From Spirogloea muscicola (lineage: Eukaryota), in NCBI GenBank assembly GCA_009602725.1, contig WELB01000027.1, positions 768,288 to 819,773 of the forward strand: a stretch of DNA of 51,486 nt, written 5' to 3'. How positions within the stretch are numbered: the first letter of the stretch is position 1; the number at the start of each line of letters is the position of its first letter. Shown piece by piece: positions 32,109 to 42,500 of this stretch. A model generated the notes under the pieces. The model had not been told where the DNA came from. It was given only the letters and a program-made list of their open reading frames with translations, and ran no database searches. Position numbers and translations under genes: made by a program.

Positions 32109-35100
32109 ATGGCGGCGGTGGAGCTAGTGCAGGTGATTGGCCGCAACGGGCGCCTGGACGACGCGGCGCTGGAGGCCTTCGTTAGCGCGGCGCGGCTGCC
32201 CGAGGCCGGCCTCGACTACGCCGTTGTCGCCATCATGGGGCCCCTGAGCAGCGATACGCCGCGCGCGCCCGCCGCCGCCGCCGCCGCCGCCGGCTGACGC
32301 TGTGGCTGAGCTGCGGCGTCGCAGGCAAGAGCACGCTGCTCAACCATCTGTTCGGCAAGTCCTTCCGCGAGATGGACGCCTCCGCCGGCAGGCCGGCGCC
32401 GCGCTCTCCCTCTGCCCGCTGGCTTCCACACCTGGCTGGCATAGACAGCCGCTCTCGCCTTTACCACGAGCCGCATGCTTCTGCCCGCCCTCCTCCTCTT
32501 CTGTTTTCGCCAGTGCCCTTCTTGAGCCCCCATTACTGGACGCCACCGCCAGCTGATGGTGCGCCCGCGCGCCTCAAAAGCCCGACGACGCTGGGAGTAT
32601 AGCTGGGCCTGGCGGCGGCAGTCTCGCCGCCCACGCTCGGGATTGTCATTGAAGGCACCGACAGCAGTGATCGTGGCGAGGTGCGCCGCTCCTGCAGGAC
32701 AGGTGTCCAGCCTGCTGCTGTGCCGGCAACTGCCAGCAAGATCGCTGCCGTGCGGCTGCAGACCAAGGCTCCAGCCCTACACAATACCATTTGCTGCAGG
32801 GTGGTGGGCAGGCCGGACCTGTCGCCTGGTCGGTGCCGCGAGTGCTATGGCCGGCTCCTTGCAGGACACGGTGTTCGAGAAGCAGAGCACGCGTTTGGCA
32901 CTCCCAGTTTCTGACGTCGTCATTATCAACATGTTAGTGCCGCCAGCTCGTGTGGTTGAGATGTTCCACGCCGGACACTTCAGAGCTGTCTGGGCATCCG
33001 GTCTCCCAACACCGCGCTTGCTTGCGCTTCGTCGCAACCCGCTCTTTGCCCAGTGTCGTCCCAATGAGCTGACACTGCCATCCCATGCTGCGCCCGCTGC
33101 CGCGGCAAGGTGGTGCTTCAGAGTTGGATGCAAGCAGGCCTCCACCAAGCGCCTTCTCAAGACCATTTCCCAGGTGTGCGGTGCAGCGACCAATGCCGCA
33201 CCCAGCTGCAAACCTCACGACAGATGCCAGCGGCGCTGACGCTGACGCGGGCGCCGGCGTGCAGGTGATGCTGCGGCAACTCATGCCGCGCAAGACCACA
33301 CTGCTGTTCGTCATCCGCGACAAGACGGAAGTGCGCCACCGGCCACCGCAGCCTCCGACATCTACTTACGCCCACCCTGCGGGTGCCGTTGCCAAGCACG
33401 CCTGTCGTGCGTGCTTGGCCCGTTTCTGACAACGCCTGCCAGCCTGTGCAGACGCCCTTGGAGATGCTGGACTTGATCCTGCGTGACGACATCTAGAAGT
33501 TCAGCCCCCAGAAGCCTCCTGGACACCTGTCATCATCTGCGCCGCTGCTTTTGCAAGCTGCCCGCGGCCGCGCTGCTCGCCCCAGTGGCTTTCCTCTCTG
33601 GCGTTGCCTGACTACCGGCTGCGATCCACCACCCCGCAGATCTGGGACAGCGTCGTCAAGCCCGAGCAGTATGCAGCGGTGCCGCCGAGCAACTTCTTCA
33701 ATTTGAGCAGTCCCCTCACGCGCCACTTCCGCCTGACTCTTTGCCTGCTGCCAGCCCGCGCAGAGCAGCCGAGGTTGACCTGCACTCCCGTCCTTGCCCG
33801 CAGGTGGAGGTGACGGCCTTGGCCAACTTCAAGCATGAAGAGGAGCTCTTTAAGGAGCAGGTGTAGGAGCTGCGGGCGTGGTTCAGGACTGCGACTGCCC
33901 CAGGAGGGCTGGCCGGAGACCAGAAAAATGTAGTGGCGGGGGTCGGCATATGCAGAAACTGTGCAGAAAATGTGGTGTGACAATTGCAACAACCGCGACC
34001 TCGACATGCCCACCCACAAGGTGCACTTGCCGCTGGACAGCTAGGGTGGCGCTCGTCCTCCTCCCCTGAGGCCATGTCTCACTTCATCGACAAAGTACTG
34101 TCCGGCACGTGGATGTCCACTACAAGCATAGTTAAGTAGGCTTGCACTGGACATCTAGGACGACAGGCCAGCCTCTTGACCGGCCTGAGCTGCTGCCACG
34201 CAGGTGATGGTGGCAACAGTGCGGTGTGAGGACATTGTATGCGAGCAGCTGCAGGAGCTCCGTAATCAGCAGGCCTGTGACTGTTTGTTGATGACTTGCG
34301 CACTCTTACCTGAAAAATGGCCACATTGGCAGCTGGGTTTCGCTTCGGGGACTGGTGGGCCTGCTGTGGCACAGAGGTCACACAACTCAATGTAACGTGT
34401 CCGGGCGGCTGCGGTGATGGCAGGAGTGGCGCGACCTGGACGAGGCCGCAAAGGCAAGGGCCGTGGATGGCTTCGGGCGCCAGGCGTCAGCCATGTTGGA
34501 GCACTGCCTCGAGGGTACGCTTTCGCGTGCTGCCATCTACGATGCCCCATGGCAAGTTGCGGCTGCAGCTCTGACGCTGTTGAGCCGGTTCTTGCTGCTC
34601 TGCAGGTACGATGCAGAGGCAGCCTATCAATATGAGGAGGTCCGACGCAGGAAGCGCGAGCTTCTCGTGTCCGAAATCGGCAAGCTCAAGCAGCCGGCAT
34701 ACACGGCCATGGTGGCGCACCACCGTACGGCTGTGCTTGTTGCTTCCAAGGAGGCATTGGACCGGCAGCTCGCTACAGAAAATGACGTGCCATTTGCCGA
34801 GGCTGCAAATACCGAGACGAGGGCCGCGGTCGAACGCTTTGACGCCAAGATGGATGATGTGCATGTCAGCCTGTTGGACTGGGATTCAGCAAAGCCGCGC
34901 AGGGAGCTCCTGCGTGACCTCGACGCGCATGTGACAGCCGTGCGCTCGCAGAGGCCCGCTTCCACCGCCAAGGAGGCCGAGGTGGGAGCATATGCCGCTC
35001 GTTACAGCGGCTGGCAGCCGCAAGCTGGCACCGAAAAGCAAAAGCACTAAGGCATGTTGGGCGCTTCTGACGGAAGCATCTGCTTTGCCACAGGCCAACC

Positions 35101-35130
35101 TGGTGCAGGCTATCTCGGGCCCCTGCAGAG
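32109..35130 (+). pseudogene. RHD3 pseudogene copy 3 (from start codon, introns retained)
   Basis: MAAVELVQVIGRNG...[48 protein letters not shown] and YDAEAAYQYEE; premature TAG at ~33494 and ~33864; ends colinear with intact gene position ~42180. Confidence 0.9.
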
Positions 35131-35334
35131 AGCAACTTCAGGCGGGAGGATAAAAGGTGCATGCGTCTATCCACATCCCTCCAGCAGTCTCAAGCACTTG
35201 CTTTGCACCGCTGAGCCCGTTGCAGCAGCCTCCGGCTGCGTAGCGGGTTGCTCTTCCTCCCCTCAGCTCATATCAATATTGCTGACACGGGTGAGAAAGG
35301 GTTCTACCAAAAGAAATGCGTGTCTACTAAGAGA

Positions 35335-38300
35335 AAGGGGGTGAGGGCTGTGGAAAGGCAGCTCATCGACACATCTTGGACAAGGTCAAAGGGCCGAAGG
35401 TGCTAAAGCAACACAGCTATGCAAGTGGCGAAGGTACTAAGAGCGCCTGTTTGCCACGCCTGTGGCTCGGCTAACAAATTGTATGAACACCCTCTGTATG
35501 CACCTGGCTGGCTTTTGCAATTGCTCAATATCAGCAGCTTCTCTTTATATACCTTAGCCCCCCTGGATCTTGGTCATATGTTGTGGCTGGCCTTTCAAGA
35601 AGTAAGCTCTGTTAAAGCTTTGAGGGCTGTGAAAAAACTCAAATAGAATCGACAAGGTCCAAAGGGCCGTAAGGCACATAGTCGAAAGCTACACAGCTAT
35701 TCAAGTATTTCTTCAGTTGTGTGTTTCAGCGACTTTCGGCCCCTTCGGACCATGTCATTCCTTTTCGAGCTGGCTTCACACAGCCCACTCCCCCATTGGA
35801 TGAGTTTACTTCTCTGTGTGAGTGACTACAAGTGAGTGACTACAGATGGATACTCGTGTTATTGCAAGTCAACAGCACCATTTTCGCCTGAACAGTCTAC
35901 TGTCTGGTGTGGCCTCCCATCCATTTCAAGCGCACCGCGCACCTTCTCTCCTGCTTGTCCATTCTTTTTGGGCTGGCTTTCCCAGCCACCAGTCAATCTG
36001 GCCGCGCTTTCTTCTCCTGCCCACTGCGACGTCGTGTGACTGTGACTGCGACTGCGACGTTGGGTGTCAGCTTGTTTGCAGCGAGCGCAGGCTCATGCTT
36101 TGCACCGGAAAGCCTCATGCTTTGCACCAGAAAGCTGGTCAAGCCTTAGCTGGTGGCAGAAGGGCTTGTCAAATGCCGTCCATTATTCGGGCATCAATCA
36201 GCGACCTCTGAGTGCTGAATCGTGGTTACTGAGCGGGTTAGCTTAGCAGCAGGTGATGTACAACTGTCAATGTGGTTGCCCTTTGTACCTGTACTCAGTC
36301 CCTCTATCACAAATCAATCATTCTTATCCCCACTGCGTTGAAGATAGAAGATAGAATATCGCGGCTGCTGATATCGAAAGAGCGGCTGTAAAAGAGAGAA
36401 TTGGCACTCGCAATGGAGGCAAGGGCTGCGAAAAGCCAGCCCGAAAAGACTTGATAAAGGTTCGAAGGGGCCAAATAACGGAGGGGCCTAAAGCGCTTAG
36501 CAGTAAAAGATGAAAGCCAGCCAGGTGCAGAGGGTGTTCATTACCATATCAGCGTAGCCACAGGCTAGGCGGACAGGAATTCCGTGTATTAGAAACTAAT
36601 GTAGGCCAAATGGCCAAGTACAAAGGCAAGCACATCTAAAGATCTACATAACCTACAGCAGATTGACCCGCTCAATAACCACGGGTCAAAACATAAAGGT
36701 CACTAATCGATGCATGAATGCTAGATGCCAGAAACGGAGCCCTTCTGCCACCAACTAGAGCTCGACCAGATTTCTGGTGCAAGGCACTAGCCTGAGCACG
36801 CTGCAAACAGGCCTAAACTCGTCGTCGCAAGAGCGACAGATATGCAGCTGGCAATCCCATCTTAGCCGGAAACACATCTGCACGTCGAAAGTAGCCTAGA
36901 TTGGCAATGTTTAGGCGGACAGGGCGCTCTTAGTAAAGAAGTGCTCGCCCATAGAGAAGAGGTGCTGGCAAAGCGAAGTGCGCGCCCATAGAGAAGAGAG
37001 CCGGCAAAGCCAGCCCAAAAAAGAATGGACAATGTCCAAAGCCAAAGAAAGACTACTCTACCAAACACGACAACGCATTGGGAAGCTCAGTACCCGCGAG
37101 TGAGCAACATCAGGTCGGAGTAGCTCGTGGCCGGGAAGAAAGTGCTCGCCCATTGAGGATAGGGGCTGAAAAAGCCAGCCCAAAAAAGAATGAAGAGAGA
37201 GAGGCACTCCGTTGAGACCTGGAGGCGGCGGCCAGAAGAAAGTGCTCGCCCAGGATAGGGGCTGGAAAAGCCAGCCCAAGAAAGAATGAACAGAGCACGT
37301 CCTGCGCGCCCGTGGACTGCGTCTGTCTTATTAGTACCTTGTGTCAGCTATAGAAACTTAAATGAGCAGAGGGGAGCTGCTGCAAGCCAGAAAGAGAAGA
37401 AGGCGCGCAGTCCGCATGAATTGAAAGGGCGGCCATCAAACCAACACAATATTCTAAACCCTTGCCGTGGTATGGAAGAGCTTAAAATTAAGAAGAAAGT
37501 GCTCGCCCATCGAGGATAGGGGCTGGAAAAACAAGCACACAAAGAAACAAAGCAGCTACGGATCACTCAGTAACCCCTGCTAAGCAGCCACCAGTCAATC
37601 TGGCCGCACTTCTTCTGCTAAGCAGCCCCAGGTCAGAGACGCTAGGCTCCTGGAAGTAGAAGAAAGTGCTCGCCCCTTGAGGATAGGGGTTGGAAAAGAC
37701 AGCCCAAAAAAGAATGAACAGAGTACGAGAAGGGTGGCCAAGGGAAGCGCTAAGGAAAACAAGCGCACAAAGAAAGAAAGCAGCTACGAATCACTCAGTA
37801 ACCCCTGCTAAGAGAGAAAGCGCGGCCAGATTGACTGGTGGCTGGGAAAGGCCAGCCCAAAAGAATGGACAAGGTCTGAGGGAGCTTGAGTGCGAACGAC
37901 TAGGACTAAGACATCAGCCAGGGAACGCTCAGTAACCTCTAGACAGGAGATGCAGATCCGAGTAGCTAGCTGGTGGAAAGACGTCGCCCTGACGGAAGCG
38001 GGAGGCCGCCGCCATAGCTCGGCCTGCGCGCAAGTGAACCGCGAAGGCGAGGGACCGCTGCATCGAGACGGCCAAACGCATACGGAACACCTGAGCGAGG
38101 GACCCGGCTACGTTGAAGCTGGGCTGCTCGCCCTGCTGCCCGAGGCGGCGGGCCGCTGCACGCCGCGCCAGGCGGTGGAGCAAGTCAAGAAGAAGTGGCA
38201 CTCCCAATGGGGGCAAGGGCTGCGAAAAGCCAGCCCAGTCAAGCCGTTTGGAGCCAAAGGCTCCGTGCACGTCCACTGCCAGTGGAACGAACTCGTCGCC

Positions 38301-39050
38301 CACCGGGTGGTCAGAGTACTTCCGTTCCTTCTCGCCCGCCGCTTGGCCGACTGCGTAGCCCGCCTCCTCCGACGAGCGTTTTGCACTGTTGGAAGCAAAG
38401 CTGTCAGCTGCCTGCTAAGCAGCCGCAGATCAGAGATGCTAGGCTCCTGGCTTTGAACATTGTCCATTCTTTTTGGGTTGGCTTTGCCAGCCCCTCTTCT
38501 CAATGGGCGAGCACCTTCTCCTGGGAGAGAGTCCCCTGGCCAGAGCCAGAGGCAGCAGCGAGGGCTCTGCCGGCCGCCCGCAGGTGCAGCGCGCGGGACA
38601 CCGACCGCTGCAGCAGACGGCCAAGCGCATCCGGTACACCTGCGCTAGCGACCCGGCTGCAGGAAAGTCCACCGGCTCCCCATGGAAGCGACGGGCGATG
38701 GCGTGGCGGGCGAGCTGGGTGAGCAACTCGAGCCACCGAGCGCCCAACGCCCATGCGTGTCAATCGCCAGCCCAAAAAAGAATGGACAGAGTACGAGAAG
38801 GGGGCCAGGGAAAGCGCTAAGAAAAACAAGCACACAAAGAAACAAAGCAGCTACGAATCACTCAGTAACCCCTGCTAAGCAGCCGCAGATCAGAGATGCT
38901 AGGCTCCTGGAAGTGGGTCCCCAGGCCAGAGGCAATTGAAATTAGGAGGCTCATACTCTGCTCAGGCAAAAACGAATGCAAAAAGGAAATTTCGTGTATT
39001 TGAAACAATCGAAGGCCAGTATGGCCAAGTACAGAGGTAAGCACATCTTA
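35335..39050. mobile_element. Nested cluster of RLE non-LTR 3' fragments (subfamilies A, B, C), mostly on the minus strand
   Basis: Repeated C-termini SDLYVLTRGY*, SDLHLLSRGY* and SDLRLLSRGY*, plus more than 10 copies of a terminal motif (plus-strand consensus GAAGAAAGTGCTCGCCCATTGAGGATAGGGGCTGGAAAAGCCAGCCCAAAAAAGAATGGACA); several target-site duplications. Confidence 0.85.
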
Positions 39051-39595
39051 TGACGTAGCAGCTAGCATCTAGCAGCTACTGGAGCTGCTAGTGGAGTGAG
39101 GCAGCAGCTGTGCCAGGAGGAATGGAGGGGTGGGGGGGAGAAGAGGGCTGGAAGTGCCACGATTGGGGCCTTGACATCCTGTCCTGCTGGAGCTGCTAGA
39201 GGAGGAGTGAGGCAGCATCCATAGCAGGAGGGATGGGGGGGTGGGGAAGGATGGCCGGAAGTGCCGATGAGGGTCTTGTCGACCTGGCCTGGCAGCAGTG
39301 GCAGGATGAGGGANNNNNNNNNNNNNNNNNNNNNNNNNNNNNNNNNNNNNNNNNNNNNNNNNNNNNNNNNNNNNNNNNNNNNNNNNNNNNNNNNNNNNNN
39401 NNNNNNNNNNNNNNNNNNNNNNNNNNNNNNNNNNNNNNNNNNNNNNNCACGGCTGACGCCGCACGCTGCCGGCCCGGCGGCCACGCCCGCCGAGCCGCCG
39501 GCAATGACTTCCTCCGCCTCCGCCGCCGCCGCCGCCGCCGCAGCCGCCGCCGCCGCTGCTGGCTGACGCCGCGGCGGCTACCGGTTGTGGCGCAG

Positions 39596-42500
39596 GCAAG
39601 AGCACGCTGCTCAACCACCTGTTTGGCACGTCCTTCCGCGAGATGGACGCCTTCGCCGGCAGGCCAGCGCCGCGCCCCCCACCGCTGCTCCGCGCTGGCC
39701 GGGTCCGGCCATGGAGCCGGCTGGCCCGCAGCTGACGGCGCGGCGGCCGGCGTGGCCCCGTGGGCGAGCAGGAGCCAGACGACGCAGGGCGTGTGGCTGG
39801 GCCTGGCGGCGGGCATCCGGCCGCCCACGCTCGTGTGCGACATCGAGGGCACCGACGGCCGCGAGCGCGGCGAGGTGAGCGGCAGCTCGGCCTGCTGTGC
39901 AGCGGCGGAGCGAGGGCTGCTGCAGATGGCGAGCCGGTCCTGATGTGCGCCTTTTGCCGCGGCTGTCGATGGGGCCGGCTGCTTGCAGGACGACACGGCG
40001 TTCGAGAAGCAGAGCGCGCTGTTTGCGCTCGCCGTCTCTGACATTGTCATCGTCAACATGTGAGTGCTGCCTGCCACCGTCGTTCACTTTCTACACACTG
40101 GACTCTTCACTGCTTCTGGATATTTGCTTAGTTTGAGCTCACGCTCGCTGGGTCTCAGCCAGCACCCATAATCCATGTTGTTAAAGTGAGCTGACGCAGG
40201 CAATTGCCACTGTCGCGACTGCTCCTGCTGCTGTGGCAAGGTGGTGCCACGACATTGGGCGCGAGCAGGCCGCCAACAAGCCCCTCCTTAAGACCGTCTT
40301 CCAGGTGCGCGGTGCAGCAATTGAGTGCCGCACTCAGCTGCCACATTTACCACAGACCCCAGCAGCGTTGACGCTGTTTCTGGAGCTGGCGAGCAGGTGA
40401 TGCTGCGCCTCTTCACGCCGCGCAAGACCACGTTGCTCTTCGTCATCCGCGACAAGACAAAAGTGCGCCACTTGCAATGCCGTTGCCAACGTGTTCTCAA
40501 GCCTGTCCTGCGGTGCAATGCTGCCCAGTTGTGCATGCTTGGCCTGTGGCTGAGCCACCAACCAGCCCTGCCGCTGGTGGTGCAGACGCCGATGGAAACG
40601 CTGGAGCCAATCCTGCGCGAGGATATCCAGAAGGTCAGCCTCCGGCCGCCACCTGAGCAAATGTCATTGGCTTCCGCTGGCCAATGGCTGACTGTGCCAC
40701 TGGCTGACTAGCGCTGCTCGTAACTCGTGGATCCCCCGTGGCACAGCTCAACGCCGCCACAACTGTTTATGCTGCAGATATGGGACAACATTGCCAAGCC
40801 TTCACAATATGCCGCGGTGCCGCTCAGCGACTTCTTCAACGTGAGCAGTCCCCCACAAGTGTTGCTCAGGAAACCCTTTGCCTGCTGCCACCTTATACAC
40901 GGCTGACCTTCGCTTCTGCCCTCGAATGCAGGTGGAGGTGACGGCGCTGGCCAACTTCGAGGAAAAGGAGGAGCTCTTCAAGGCGCAGGTCATGGAGCTG
41001 CGAGACCGGTTCATGAATTCGGTCGTGCCAGGGGGGCTGGCGGGCGACCGGCGCGGCGTCGTGCCGGCATCGGCATTCTCACTGAGCGCGCAGGAGATGT
41101 GGCGCATCATTCGGGAAAACCGTGACCTTGACCTGCCCGCTCACAAGGTGCACTTGCTGGCTGGACAGCTAAGGTGGCCCTTGTCCTTGGAGCATGAATG
41201 TAGGACAACAGACCGGACTCTCGAATGATGTGAGCTGCTGCTATGCAGGTGATGGTAGCAACGGTGCGGTGTGAGGATATTGCACGCGAGCAGCTGCAGG
41301 GACTCCGTAATCAGCAGGTCTGTGACTGCCAAGAGTTTGCTCTTTGATTGATAAGAAATTGCTTCAACGGCCGCTGACTTTCGTTCAACAAACTGCTGGG
41401 TCTGCTATGCATGGAGGTCGCACTACCTCGAGTCTGCAATCACACACTTCGGGCGGCTGCGGTGCTGGCAGGAGTGGCGCGACCTGGATGAGGCCGTGAC
41501 GGCGAGGGCCGTGGATGGCTTCGGGCGCCAAGCGTCCGTGATGTTGGAGCACTGCATCGAAGGGTACGCTTTTGCGTGCTGCCATCTGCGATGCTCCATC
41601 AATAGTTGCGGCTGCGGCTCTGACGCTAAGGAGTCAAGCCTGCTCTTGCTGCTCTGCAGATACGATGCAGAGGCAGCCTACTTTGATGAGGGAGTCCGAA
41701 GCAGCAAGCGCGAGCTTCTCCTGTCAGAGATTGGCAAGCTCATGCAGCCCGCATACACGGCCACGGTGGCGCACCACCGTACAGCTGCGCTTATTTTCTT
41801 CAAGGAAGCATTGGACCGGCGGCTCGCTGCGGAAAGCGACGTGCCATTTGCCGAGGCTGCAAATGCCACGATGAGGGCGGCGGTCGAAGAATTTGACGCC
41901 AAGCTGGATGATGTGCATGTCAGCATATTGGGTTGGGATACAGCAAAGCCGCGCGAGAAGCTCTTACGCGACCTGGAGGCGCATGTTGCAACCCTCCGGT
42001 TGCAAAGGCTCGCCGCCATCACCAAGGAGGCTGAGGTGGGAGTGCTTGCAGCGCGCCGCAACAGCTGGCAGCTGAAGGCTGGCACCAGGATGGAGAGCCC
42101 TGATTCGTGAGGCGCGTCTGACAGACCAGTTGGCTACTGCCACAGGTCAACCTGGAGCGTGCGATCTTGGACCCCGCTGGAACGCTGCTCGATGCTGGGA
42201 CGTCCGACACATGGCCTGCCCTGCGCGAGCTCCTGTCACGAGAGACGCAGAGTGAGCATTGCTCTAGCAGGCAGTCATTTTTGGCAACAGCTTCAACTTG
42301 TGTGGCTATTGCTCGAGTGTACCATGTGGCAGCTCTCTTGCAAGCTCGCACTGTCCTTTGAAGTGCGTGCATCTTCATAGCTTTACAGCTCAGCTCAGCA
42401 TATACATCACTTACATAAGTTTGAAGCTCAAAGCCTGACTGAAGACGACCTTGGCGAGCCAGTTGCCGAGAGGAGTCTGGTGAAGTCAGTGGAGGGGTAC

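Noticed and set aside
20012..35130. RHD3 duplicates as processed retrocopies made by the neighbouring retroelements
   Set aside because: All copies retain introns colinear with the intact gene, so they arose by DNA-level duplication.
36930..37880. CRISPR-like array
   Set aside because: Eukaryotic context with no cas genes; unit and spacer lengths are irregular, and the spacers translate to retroelement C-termini.
39075..39250. Two-copy purine-rich direct repeat upstream of RHD3
   Set aside because: Short, degenerate and next to a gap; no function can be supported.
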